Shown here piece by piece: positions 8,053 to 17,800 of a stretch of 55,340 nt of DNA (position 1 is the stretch's first letter; each line of letters opens with the position of its first letter). Location: the IMG/VR virus record IMGVR_UViG_3300017771_002251, positions 1 through 55,340 of that record; one strand, 5' to 3'. Under the pieces are notes generated by a model. That model ran no database searches, was not told the DNA's origin, and saw nothing but the letters and a program-made list of their open reading frames with translations. This DNA is from a virus. Taxonomy: Duplodnaviria; Caudoviricetes. Position numbers and translations under genes: made by a program.

Positions 8053-8981
8053 TTACAGAAGTGGAAAGCGCAGTCATTATTGACGCCTAACCAGCAGGAA
8101 CAGTATGTGATCTTAATAAATCCACCTTGACCGCGCCATCCATAGCAGCAGCTATTAGAGCAAGAAGTTGCGGAAGGAGCACCAACGCCAGGGATACCAG
8201 GACCGCCATTACAGTTTGTGCTATATGCCCAAGGAGTAGTTCCATTACAGTAGGTACGTTCCTGGTTACAAGCATTACCTCTATTATTAGACATAATGTG
8301 ACCACCTTTGTGGTCAATGAGTCTACCTGGGTATGCCATTCCAATTTTTGCCCAGCAAGTATCGGAGTTATTATAGGTTCTGAAGAATCCAGGACCACCA
8401 GGAATCATTTCGTCTCCACCATAGGAGTTGGACTTATCTGTTCCAGGTGTCCAACCACCAGCACCAGAGAAGTAAACTCTATCTTCACATCTGAATTCAT
8501 TGCCCCAGAATGCATAACAGCAAGTCTTACCAGGAAGACCACCTTCTGCACAAAGGTTACTTAAGTTGCAACCAGTGATGTAAGACTTACAACCTTGGAT
8601 ACCACAGCAGCACTGTGAGCAACATGTAGGCGATGCTACGACCATTGCGTAACACCATCCACCTTGGATCTGTGGATACTGTAGAGTCTTTCTGACATAT
8701 GCACCAGCACCACCAGGGATACCCTGTTGACAGCAGCATGCGCCACCGCCAGAACCGCCACCACCCCAGAGTTCAAAAGTGATCTGGGTAGTACCACAAG
8801 GAACACACCAATGATTGATGCAATAGTCGTGGTATGACTGCTCACAGTTTCCTCTGTTACAGTAAGGATGGAAGTTGAATACCATCCCGTCTCTGACACG
8901 GGTATAGCTACCATATACCGCTGCGGTGTCAGTAATTGTGGAAGCAAATTCCTTCCCTAGTAGTCCTCGTAAATTTGCCAT
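8049..8981 (-). CDS. Cys/Gly-rich adhesin-like virion protein, paralog 2
   Basis: LRGLL N-terminus, WCVPCGTTQITFELWGGGGSGGGACCC, PGVGAPS..CCYG..GFIKITY; about 31 Cys. Confidence 0.7.
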   Translation of the reverse strand: MANLRGLLGKEFASTITDTAAVYGSYTRVRDGMVFNFHPYCNRGNCEQSYHDYCINHWCVPCGTTQITFELWGGGGSGGGACCCQQGIPGGAGAYVRKTLQYPQIQGGWCYAMVVASPTCCSQCCCGIQGCKSYITGCNLSNLCAEGGLPGKTCCYAFWGNEFRCEDRVYFSGAGGWTPGTDKSNSYGGDEMIPGGPGFFRTYNNSDTCWAKIGMAYPGRLIDHKGGHIMSNNRGNACNQERTYCNGTTPWAYSTNCNGGPGIPGVGAPSATSCSNSCCYGWRGQGGFIKITYCSCWLGVNNDCAFHFCN

Positions 8982-8987
8982 CTTTAA

Positions 8988-9923
8988 TTAAGTCTTACAG
9001 TACCATGTGATTTTAACAAGACCTGCAGCACCTTCGGAACCACAGCAGCAACCTCTACCAAATACATCAGCAGAGAATCCACCCATGCCAGGAGGACCAT
9101 TACGGAAACAGTCACTGGAAAGACCAGCGTTGTTACCTTCCATCCACATTGTTGCTTCTCTACCACATGTTGCCATAGAGCAACGTCTGGTAGTGTGGAG
9201 TGTGCCGAACTTACCATCTTGGTAAGGGGCAGTAGGCACATAGTTTTTCATCATACACCAGTTGCCGCAATCGGAGCAACTGTTCTGGTTATAGGAGTTT
9301 TGAGCACCCCAGTATTCCTTACCGAACTCACAGCAGTATTCGCGACATTCGCGATCTGCAGACCAGCAGTTAGTCTGCCATCTGCACCATGCTTGACTGA
9401 CCATCCAGTTCTCTCTGGATCTACAACCACCAGAGTAGTTAGCAGCACCGAAGCAACAGGAGCGACCGTGGCATCCACCACAAGCACAGAAGTTGTCTAG
9501 ACCAGGACCGTTGACCCAGGACTTACAACCGTCGTAACCACTGTTAGATGGAGATCTACAGGTGACCGAGGCAGCACAGAAGCAATACTTGCAACCATCT
9601 AGTTCGGTGCCACCAATGCTAGATTGTGCAGCGCAAACTGTGGTCTTATTGTACTGACCAGAATGTCCATTCCATCCGTTCATACAGCAGCAAGCACCAG
9701 CGCCGCCGCCGCCTCCACCCCAGATTTCAATCTCTAGTTTACAAACGCAGCAAACAGGGACGCACCAGCAAAGTTCTTGCCAGTTGTAACTGTGGTTGTT
9801 ATTATATTCCCAACAGTGACCCCCACGAAACCAAATTTGGTGACTGTTTTGGGGACCGTAATATGTAGTTACTGGTACTGCACTGTCGTCTGCAACATCC
9901 AGTAAGTCTCTTAAACTCGACAT
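8988..9923 (-). CDS. Cys/Gly-rich adhesin-like virion protein, paralog 1
   Basis: LRDLL N-terminus, WCVP..EIEIWGGGGGGAGACCC, PGMGGFS..CCCGSEGAAGLVKITW; about 36 Cys; GGAGG Shine-Dalgarno. Confidence 0.7.
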   Translation of the reverse strand: MSSLRDLLDVADDSAVPVTTYYGPQNSHQIWFRGGHCWEYNNNHSYNWQELCWCVPVCCVCKLEIEIWGGGGGGAGACCCMNGWNGHSGQYNKTTVCAAQSSIGGTELDGCKYCFCAASVTCRSPSNSGYDGCKSWVNGPGLDNFCACGGCHGRSCCFGAANYSGGCRSRENWMVSQAWCRWQTNCWSADRECREYCCEFGKEYWGAQNSYNQNSCSDCGNWCMMKNYVPTAPYQDGKFGTLHTTRRCSMATCGREATMWMEGNNAGLSSDCFRNGPPGMGGFSADVFGRGCCCGSEGAAGLVKITWYCKT

Positions 9924-9946
9924 GACTTATATCCTCCCTAGGTATA

Positions 9947-10276
9947 TTAGTTAGAAAGGATCGACCAACCGTAAGAAGATCCACTATAGATTAACTCAAG
10001 TGATGCATTTTTAATATCGAAGTCTAGGTCTTCTGCAAGGTTAGCGATTTTATTGCCATTTCTAGCAAGAATTGCTTTCGTTGTACCACACTGACCTGCT
10101 GCATCAATTAGATTGATACGATCGCCCACTGCGGGGTTTGCGGGTAGTGTTAGTGTAATTTCCGATCCAGCGGTAGTGTCAATCATCAGGATTTCTCCCG
10201 ACAGAACACTGTGGTTTGCTGTGATACCTAGAGTAGTTCTTTGCTCTAGGGGTGGTGCTGATAGATTGCGTCCCAT
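9947..10276 (-). CDS. Small fibre-associated structural protein (T4 gp34 proximal-repeat-like domain)
   Basis: IDT..ITLTLPANPAVGDRINLID...L.Y...GW. Same domain as the C-terminal half of 14364..14822. Confidence 0.65.
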   Translation of the reverse strand: MGRNLSAPPLEQRTTLGITANHSVLSGEILMIDTTAGSEITLTLPANPAVGDRINLIDAAGQCGTTKAILARNGNKIANLAEDLDFDIKNASLELIYSGSSYGWSILSN

Positions 10277-10298
10277 TGTTCTTAAAACTCCTTTGTAC

Positions 10299-10305
10299 TA
10301 TTTAT
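10299..10305 (-). promoter_or_regulatory. Late promoter core ATAAATA
   Basis: Upstream of AAGGAG SD and the ATG at 10276. Confidence 0.55.
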
Positions 10306-10625
10306 CAAGCCTCTTCTTCAACGCCATACGCAGCTACGCTGACGTTTGCCGTATCGGAAAGCACTACAATGTTTTTAGTTGCCTGAAGCGCAATACCAGT
10401 TCTCTCCAGAATACCGTACCCTGCAATTTCTGCATTGTACTCAATGTATTCTGCGCCAGTAGGTGTGCTGGTAGCAGCGAGAGCAACACGAACGCTAACA
10501 GGCGTAGAGTTCGTGTTGACGATGTTAAAGTTAACGTATGCAACAGTTGCTGCAGGGACGGTATATACTGTGGTTAGGGTGTTAGCTGATAGGGAAGCTT
10601 GTGTCCCCAGGATGCCAGAAGCCAT
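10305..10625 (-). CDS. Small virion structural protein
   Basis: All-beta-like TTVYTVPAATVA...VRVAL...YIEYN. Strong AAGGAG SD and its own late promoter. Confidence 0.7.
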   Translation of the reverse strand: MASGILGTQASLSANTLTTVYTVPAATVAYVNFNIVNTNSTPVSVRVALAATSTPTGAEYIEYNAEIAGYGILERTGIALQATKNIVVLSDTANVSVAAYGVEEEA

Positions 10626-10669
10626 GTTTATTACTCCTTAAATTTGCCGAGATTTCGTAATTTTACTTG

Positions 10670-10677
10670 TATTTATA
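10670..10677 (-). promoter_or_regulatory. Late promoter TATAAATA
   Basis: Exact consensus in the intergenic gap upstream of 10625. Confidence 0.75.
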
Positions 10678-10686
10678 AAGAGGGGA

Positions 10687-13600
10687 TCACATTGCTCCCG
10701 CCCAGAAAGTGAAGCCTTTCGTCTTCGTCTTTGTGTCAACGTAAGTCTTGACTGCCTTCTGCGTAGGAACTTTAGCGTTGCTATTTGCAGACATGGTTAC
10801 ATCCGCCGAGAACTCGTTAATAGATTCACCGATTTGAGCACCGATGGAACCAAGTCTCAAGGATGATAGACCAGACAAGTCGAAGGAAGATGCGTTCAAG
10901 GTTGTGCTACCAGTTGCCTGGTTAACTTTGAAGTAACGACCAACGGTGAAGTTACCATCTTGGTCCGTGGATACGAAGAACACACGACCAGGGAAGTTTT
11001 CAGTAACCTCATTACCTGGTGCAGGTGCCGATAGAGGCTGACCTGGCCAGTTAGTCTGGGTCTTGTTACCAGTACCGATATCCAGGAAGTCATGACCAGT
11101 TAGTCTGACTTGTGAATACAGGTATCTGATTCTTGTAGCTTGACGATCGTAAGTTGCACTAGGCTTCTCTTCTGCAAGAACAACCAGTACAGTACCAGTT
11201 GTAATTGTTGCGGATTGGGAAACCTGCATGAACTCACTGTCAATCTTGATGTAGTCAGAGGATAGAGTACCCGTAGACGTTTCAACAAGAATAACTGTGT
11301 CAGATGCTGTTAGGTCTCTAGCGGTAGTTGTCTCGGTAGGAACCTTGATCTGAAGTGCTCTGACTGTAACGCCAGAGTTATGTGCAGCACCAGTGGTGCC
11401 TTCTACTCCTCTGATAACTTCAACAGAAGTTGCAGTTGGGAACGAAACGACTTCCATCATCTCGTCTTCGATGATGACATAACCACCAGTGTTAATGCCA
11501 GTAATCGAAGCAACTTGGATGACAGTGCCAACCGCGTCACTAACAGGAGCAGATAGAGATGTTGCAGTACCAGTTTGGTATCTAGCAACAGTGCTCAAAC
11601 CATCATGAGTTGTAGCAGCAGAACCAAGAAGTCCTCTGGTTACAGTCAGTTCTCCACGTCCAGTAGGACCAGCGTAAGAAGAGTTAGCAACAACATAAGT
11701 GAATAGATCAGAACCGAGTCCACCAGGACCAGTGATGTATTCAATAGAACCACCTGGGTCAGGAGCAGCGGTTAGACCACCGAGAACAAAGGTGAAACCT
11801 GACATACCCTTTTGAGCGTCAGAGTTGTTGACCAGAGTTGCAGTTGCTGTAGAATTGCTACCAGTGACAACTTCGTTCTGTGCAAAGTTACCTTTGAGAG
11901 GACGGATAAGAATCTTATCTGCCGAAGGTTGGAAACTAGTAATTTCACCAACTGCACCAGAAGTACCACCCGTAACATTCTCGGCACTTTCAAAAGTTGC
12001 GCCTGTAGATAGGGTAAGGGGATCGTAGTTGAGTTCGATACCGTCGATGAATCCATCGAGAGTAGACTCATTTTCGTTGAAACCAGAGGAAACAATAGCG
12101 TAAGTACCCCAGGAGGAGTTACCTGCCAAGGATCTGATTCTACCGCCTCTAGTAGAGGTGTAAGAGATGTGGCAATAGTAGGTGAAGCAGGATACGATTT
12201 CAGCAGCGCCGTTGTTCGTAATCCAGAAACCTACACCACCGCTTTCGTGGATGTTAGTCCAGGAGTCAAAAACGATAGACTTGTTAGAAGGAGTTCCAGT
12301 TCCGTCATACTTATCGTGAACACCACCGTCAACAATTGCACCAATACCAGTCTGGGAGAATGCAGAACACTGCGAAACGTAAGGAGACTTGGAGATTGGG
12401 GAGTTGGGGTTCAGTCTAACGAATACACCATCTGGAGTAGAGGTGTTCATATCCTTTGGATCGGATACAGAAGGAACGAATCCTGCCATACCGTCCATAA
12501 CGAGATCCTTCAGCATCGATCTGTTAGACAGATAGAAGAGAGTTGCGTTCTCGTTATTGAGAGTGTTCACGGTGTTAAGTGCGATATTAGCACCACCATT
12601 GTCGAAAGTATCGGAGGTAGTCCAGACGCCGCCAGTAAGAGGCATAACGTCGATGCTAGCACCACCGTCTCTGACATCCATGATCTGTGCGGTCTTATCG
12701 CCAGCACCATTTGTGCATGTCTCGCCAATGACTCTCTCTGCAGCAAGAGGAATCGTTGCAAGTGTTAGTCTTTGGATGTTAGAAGGTTGTCCAACGTTTG
12801 GTTTAACGGTGGACGTTCTCATGTTGTCACCAATGATCGAAACGTTCTCGGGAACGATGATTGGTAGAGTTTCGTTATAGATACCTGCCTTAACATAAAT
12901 GGTAGCAGGACCAGTAACAAGACTTACTGCATGAGAGAGTGAAGCAAATGCTTTGCTGATGTTAGAACCGTCGTTTAGGTCGTTACCATTTGTGGTAACA
13001 TAGTAAACAGGGTCGGTAACATTGTTGTTTTCCCATGCGGGGAATCCGTTAGAATCAACGGATAGAACTTGACCAGTTGTTCCAATAGGTAGTCTTGCAG
13101 CACCTGAACCAGAGATGTAAAGAACATCACCAGCATCGGTTAGTACGTTAGACTGTGCGCCTTGGGTCAGGGAGTTCCAGTAGTCTCCGTTAACATCTAG
13201 TTCAGGTTCGTTGCCAGTTGTTTCGGCAACACAGATGTAGGAGTTACTTGCTCTGGTGACAGCATCACCAGGTTGGTAAGTTGTGCTTGTATCCCAAGTG
13301 CCTCTCCAGGTGAAACCACCAACAACGAAGTCCCAATCAGAAGGATTAGATCCAGGTGTGGAGTTTGTGTTGGTTGTTTTAGCAACGTAGGAGTTACCAC
13401 CAAGGAGTACAACGTCACCAGGCTTGTATTCGGTGCTGTTGCTCCATGTACCAACTACCTTGAAACCAGTAGTTAGGATCTCCCAGTCACTACCAATAGT
13501 GCTATTGGGTTGTGAACCAGTAGAGATTGTTTGAGCAACATAAGAGTAACCACCGAAAGTTACAATGTCACCTGGTTGGTATTCAGTATTGGTGTCCCAC

Positions 13601-13959
13601 GTATCTTCAAACTTCAGTCCGTTAATATACGAGACGAAGTTTGCAGCAGCGAAAGATCCGCTGGAAGTGTGGGGGTTGACAACCCTATACTGATCATTGC
13701 CATACTTGACAATATCATTAGTTCTATAGAAGGTTGCATCTGCCCATTCACCTCTGTGGTAAATGCCTTCGGTATGGAGTTGCCATCTGGCACCATCCGA
13801 TCCATACCATTGCGCCTCATTCGATGCTGACGTGTGGTTTGAAATACAAACAAAAGTGTTTGCACCAAACTTAACGATGTCATCGATGACGTATGCAGTG
13901 GCAACTGTCCAGTCGCCCCTCCAATTAAACTTAAGTCTGCCTAATCTGAAATCTGCCAT
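10687..13959 (-). CDS. Tail fibre-like protein (1090 aa) with five N-terminal CBM5/12-like repeats and a beta-helix-like central region
   Basis: Five repeats of W..xT.Y..gD.V..gg..Y; YYVTTNGND...AFASLSHA...TIYVKAGIYNE...SIIGDNMR beta-helix cap; C-terminal KVPTQKAVKTYVD fibre motif. Confidence 0.7.
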   Translation of the reverse strand: MADFRLGRLKFNWRGDWTVATAYVIDDIVKFGANTFVCISNHTSASNEAQWYGSDGARWQLHTEGIYHRGEWADATFYRTNDIVKYGNDQYRVVNPHTSSGSFAAANFVSYINGLKFEDTWDTNTEYQPGDIVTFGGYSYVAQTISTGSQPNSTIGSDWEILTTGFKVVGTWSNSTEYKPGDVVLLGGNSYVAKTTNTNSTPGSNPSDWDFVVGGFTWRGTWDTSTTYQPGDAVTRASNSYICVAETTGNEPELDVNGDYWNSLTQGAQSNVLTDAGDVLYISGSGAARLPIGTTGQVLSVDSNGFPAWENNNVTDPVYYVTTNGNDLNDGSNISKAFASLSHAVSLVTGPATIYVKAGIYNETLPIIVPENVSIIGDNMRTSTVKPNVGQPSNIQRLTLATIPLAAERVIGETCTNGAGDKTAQIMDVRDGGASIDVMPLTGGVWTTSDTFDNGGANIALNTVNTLNNENATLFYLSNRSMLKDLVMDGMAGFVPSVSDPKDMNTSTPDGVFVRLNPNSPISKSPYVSQCSAFSQTGIGAIVDGGVHDKYDGTGTPSNKSIVFDSWTNIHESGGVGFWITNNGAAEIVSCFTYYCHISYTSTRGGRIRSLAGNSSWGTYAIVSSGFNENESTLDGFIDGIELNYDPLTLSTGATFESAENVTGGTSGAVGEITSFQPSADKILIRPLKGNFAQNEVVTGSNSTATATLVNNSDAQKGMSGFTFVLGGLTAAPDPGGSIEYITGPGGLGSDLFTYVVANSSYAGPTGRGELTVTRGLLGSAATTHDGLSTVARYQTGTATSLSAPVSDAVGTVIQVASITGINTGGYVIIEDEMMEVVSFPTATSVEVIRGVEGTTGAAHNSGVTVRALQIKVPTETTTARDLTASDTVILVETSTGTLSSDYIKIDSEFMQVSQSATITTGTVLVVLAEEKPSATYDRQATRIRYLYSQVRLTGHDFLDIGTGNKTQTNWPGQPLSAPAPGNEVTENFPGRVFFVSTDQDGNFTVGRYFKVNQATGSTTLNASSFDLSGLSSLRLGSIGAQIGESINEFSADVTMSANSNAKVPTQKAVKTYVDTKTKTKGFTFWAGAM

Positions 13960-13974
13960 GTTTATGCTGCCTTA

Positions 13975-14367
13975 TTATTTGGGTCCTTCGGTGGTAAAAT
14001 CATAATTTTCATTGAAACGAATTACAAAGTATCCGTCATCATCAATAAAATAGCTAATCTTGCGACTATCAAATCTATACTGTTGGTATTTATCTTGTGG
14101 ATGATTCTTATATGACTTCGATTCAGTAGTTTCTTCTACGTAGTCATACACACCTGTAGCAATATCTAGGTATGGGGTTCCGTCTAAACGGTAGAAATCT
14201 CCAATTTCATCATCAATAGATCTAATTCTGGTGTAACGCAGCATTCCATCATCATCTCTTTGAAGAGCGTGAATGGTAAAGTCGTTACCGAGGGTATAGC
14301 TATTGGAAGAAAAGGATTGCCCCGTCCCCCCAGATTGTTGATAGCTATCGCTGATAAACATTGTCAT
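13975..14367 (-). CDS. Hypothetical virion-associated protein
   Basis: 130-aa ORF translationally coupled (ATGA) to the upstream gene. Confidence 0.6.
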   Translation of the reverse strand: MTMFISDSYQQSGGTGQSFSSNSYTLGNDFTIHALQRDDDGMLRYTRIRSIDDEIGDFYRLDGTPYLDIATGVYDYVEETTESKSYKNHPQDKYQQYRFDSRKISYFIDDDGYFVIRFNENYDFTTEGPK

Positions 14368-14822
14368 ACAATTACCCTCCAGTAGTTACCGTCCCAAATT
14401 AGTTGCACTCTCGCTCCTTTCAAGTCGAATACTAAAGGACTGGAAATAACTCCAAAAGTGTTTTGAAATTCTCTTCCAATTGGATCGACGATTGTTACAT
14501 TATTTGTATCCCACGTAAAATTAATATCAATGAACTCCAATGTGTCCCCTGCTTTAGGAACCAATTGATTGTTATACAAAGGCAGAGTCAGTGTGAGTGG
14601 TCCACCTGACGAGTCTACGAGATAACGAAGACTAGTGCCAAGCGTGACACTCTGATTTAGATACTCCCACCGAGCACGAAAAACATCAAATCCACCGTTA
14701 GTTGTCCCATCATGGACAACCGCCATATTTTTATCAGTATCAATGGTCAACTCACCCTGCGCTCCCGCGAAGTGAGCATGTTCAGCAGTAGTACCTCTTC
14801 TAAACTGTACCTGGGTAGTCAT
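14364..14822 (-). CDS. Structural protein with Mtd_N/hyaluronidase-N-like anchor plus gp34-like repeat
   Basis: MTTQVQFRRGTTAEH..FAGAQGELTIDTDK..VVHDG; C-half VDSSGGPLTLTLP..GDTLEFID. Confidence 0.7.
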   Translation of the reverse strand: MTTQVQFRRGTTAEHAHFAGAQGELTIDTDKNMAVVHDGTTNGGFDVFRARWEYLNQSVTLGTSLRYLVDSSGGPLTLTLPLYNNQLVPKAGDTLEFIDINFTWDTNNVTIVDPIGREFQNTFGVISSPLVFDLKGARVQLIWDGNYWRVIV

Positions 14823-14847
14823 TAAAATTAATTTAGGATACCAATGT

Positions 14848-14855
14848 TATTTATA
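14848..14855 (-). promoter_or_regulatory. Late promoter TATAAATA
   Basis: Exact consensus between the stop at 14859 and the ATG at 14822. Confidence 0.75.
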
Positions 14856-14858
14856 CTA

Positions 14859-17800
14859 TTAAATAATCCATCCATAGGTACGTGGTGGAGCAACATCAAT
14901 CTTGACAGTTGCTGCGCTACCAGCGATGTAGATGTGAACATCTGGTCTGTGCTGGAGTAGTGGGAAGTAGACGCTGCGAACATCGACCTTGATAGATCCA
15001 GTACCAAAGATACGGAGAGAAATGCCGATGATGGAATCGACATCGACCGTAATTTGACCAGATCCCTCGTAACCAAAGGAGCGAAGAACCTTCGCCTCGC
15101 CAGTGGTTGCAATCTCTGTGCCTTCTTCTGGTGGGTTGGCGGTTCTGCTTTCTGCTGCAGTACCAGATAGTTGAACTTCTGTCTGACCTGCATAAGGTGC
15201 TCTGACGAATGCAACACTTGCTTCGCCAGAAGTTTTGATCTCTGTGTCGCCAGTGTATACCTTGGTGATAGCAGGTTTGACCTGACCGAGGAAGTCGAAG
15301 ATTGCGACGTTCTCGACAGTAATTGTTCTGGACTCTGCTGCACTGTCGAATGCATACAGGTCTCCAGAACCAGTGAATACTCTGGATCTTGGAGTTGCTG
15401 CACGACCAGCAATGTTGACATCTGCGAGCAGACTTGGTACAAAGGCAACTCTTTCTGCTGCACCAGAGAACGAGAAGATAGAACCAAATCCAGATTCTGC
15501 ATTGGTAATTCTCTCGACTGCTTCGCCAGATAGATTGAAGAGAACTTGCTCTCCAACATAATCGTATGCAACTTTCTCGTCGCTCGTAACGAAACTGAAG
15601 AGATTGCCGTCGCCAATGTGGGAGACTGTGATAACAATCTTCGCTTCGCCAGTAATGTCGTATAGACCTTCTGCTGGTGGAGCAACAGTTCTAGATTCTG
15701 CTGCACCGTTGAGTGCGAAGAGAGAACCAGATCCATAGTAAGCACGAGTAGAACGTAGAGTCGCAATACCAGCTGTGGAGAATAGTAGATCCTTCTCCAG
15801 TGGGTTGACAGTAATGGATTCTGCTGCACCAGAGAATGTACCAATTCTGATGTCTCCAACGTAGGAGAGAGTAATAACAATACGACCAGCACCAGATAGA
15901 GTTGCTGTTCCAGAACCGATGTGTATCTTGGTGGTTGTTCCGTTGTTGTCTTCTGCTGCGAAGATTCTTGCGTCGGCAAGTTTGACTTCCGATACAGAAG
16001 TTCTGTATGCTGCTCTGCCTCCAATGGAGAACAGCATGTCTTTTTCGAGAGGATTGAAGGTAACAGACTCTGCTGCACCAGAGAATGTTCCGATGTTGAC
16101 CTGAACAACCTCGTCTCTCGCGACACGCTCGACCGCAGTACCACTGACAGGAATGACACCTTCGACATTCCAGTTGGGGGTGAATCTGATGTCTGCTGCT
16201 TCTGGGTAGATTCTGATCTGACCAGTACCAACAAATGCATTGGTTCTTCTTTCTGCAGCGATGCCAGCAACATCGAAGAGCAGATCTCTTTCCAGAGGAT
16301 TGAAGGTGACTGCTTCTGCAGCACCAGAAAGAGTTGCGATGTTGCCTTCGCCAACAAAGTCTCTTGCTCTGGTGGTAGCAGCAACGCCACTAATCTTGGA
16401 TAGAGTCTGTGGTTGCTCTGCAAACGTGAGGAGTGCGCGACCTGCAGATCCTCTGAACTTGAAGAGGGAACCAAAGAAGATCTCTCTGAATGTTGCTTTC
16501 TCTTCTGCGAGACCAGTAACATTGAGATGTGCTGTAAACTCTGGAAGTTTTCTGGTGACAGATTCGGAGGTGAATCCATTGGAGAAGATAGCACCAGTTC
16601 CGACATATACTTCGGTGTTCTTCTCGATTGCAACACCGCTGACAGCAACACGAACGGTTGGTTGCTCTGCAAATGTGCGAAGAGGAATAACGACCTCTCC
16701 AGAAAGGAGAAGATGTGCAGTTTCTTCTGGTGGATTGAATCCAACTGCCTCGACTGCAGAACCACGGAAGAGAATGTCTCCTTCTCTGACTGGAGGAATC
16801 TTGAATGTGACAGATTCTGAAGTGAATCCTCCAGAGAATAGAGTACCGAATCCACCGTATACATCGACGTGAATATAATCGCCAACACCACTGACAGGAA
16901 TAACCCCGAATGGTTGCTCTGCAAATGTACGAATTTCTGGAGATGTGGATCCAGAGAGTTTGATCTCTGTTCCTTCGACTGCAGGTGCTGCGGTGAATGC
17001 CTCTGTAGCAATACCACCCATGGAGAACAGAAGCTGTCTCTCCAGAGGATTCGCGGTGAAGGATTCTGCTGCTCCAGACAGTGCTGCAATACGACCACTT
17101 CCCCTGTAATGGGGGACAAATCTTTCTCCACCCTGACCGAGGATCGTAGCAGTACCAAATGGTTGCTCTGCAAACGTAAGGATCTCTGGTTCGGTTGTTC
17201 CAGACAGAGTGAGACGAGCGAGTCCAGACTCGACAACCGTTGCCTTGACTGTGCCACGACCAGTAAAGTCGAACAGAGTGAAGAATGGATCTGGACTTCC
17301 TGTTCTGGATTCTGCTGCACCAGAAAGAACAGAGATAGAACCAGAACCATTGAAGTTCGGGATGAATCTTTCGCCAGCGTTGCCACTGACCTTGATAAGA
17401 TTTCTCTTCTCTTCTGCAACAGCAACTGCCTCGACTGCGCCAGACAGTGCAAACAGTGAACCAGAACCAGTGTATGCTGCTGTTGCTTTCTCTGTTGCCG
17501 TTCCAACAAAGTCGAACAGACCAATGAGATCGTCTGGACTTGCTGTAACTGCCTCGGCAGCACCAGACAATGTGGAGATAACACCAGTTCCAGCATAGGA
17601 TGGTGTGTACTTGACGCCAGAGATACCGCGAAGAACAATCGTGTTCTCTTGGAATCCTGCGAATGCAACTGCAGAAGATGCTCGACCATCCAATCTGATG
17701 GTGCCGCCACCATTGAAGTTGGGGATTCTTCTTGTGGCAGCGAATCCAACAAAGTCGAATAGACCAGTAAGATCGTCTGGACTGAATGTTGCAGATTCTG

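Noticed and set aside
7123-9923. Cys-rich ORFs as RiPP precursors, metallothioneins or recoded (Sec) genes
   Set aside because: About 300 aa with a conserved Gly-rich globular pattern, no leader/core layout and no in-frame TGA
14364-14822. Mtd_N-like domain suggesting a diversity-generating retroelement
   Set aside because: No reverse transcriptase and no template/variable repeat pair differing at adenines seen in the window. The domain is a common fibre anchor.
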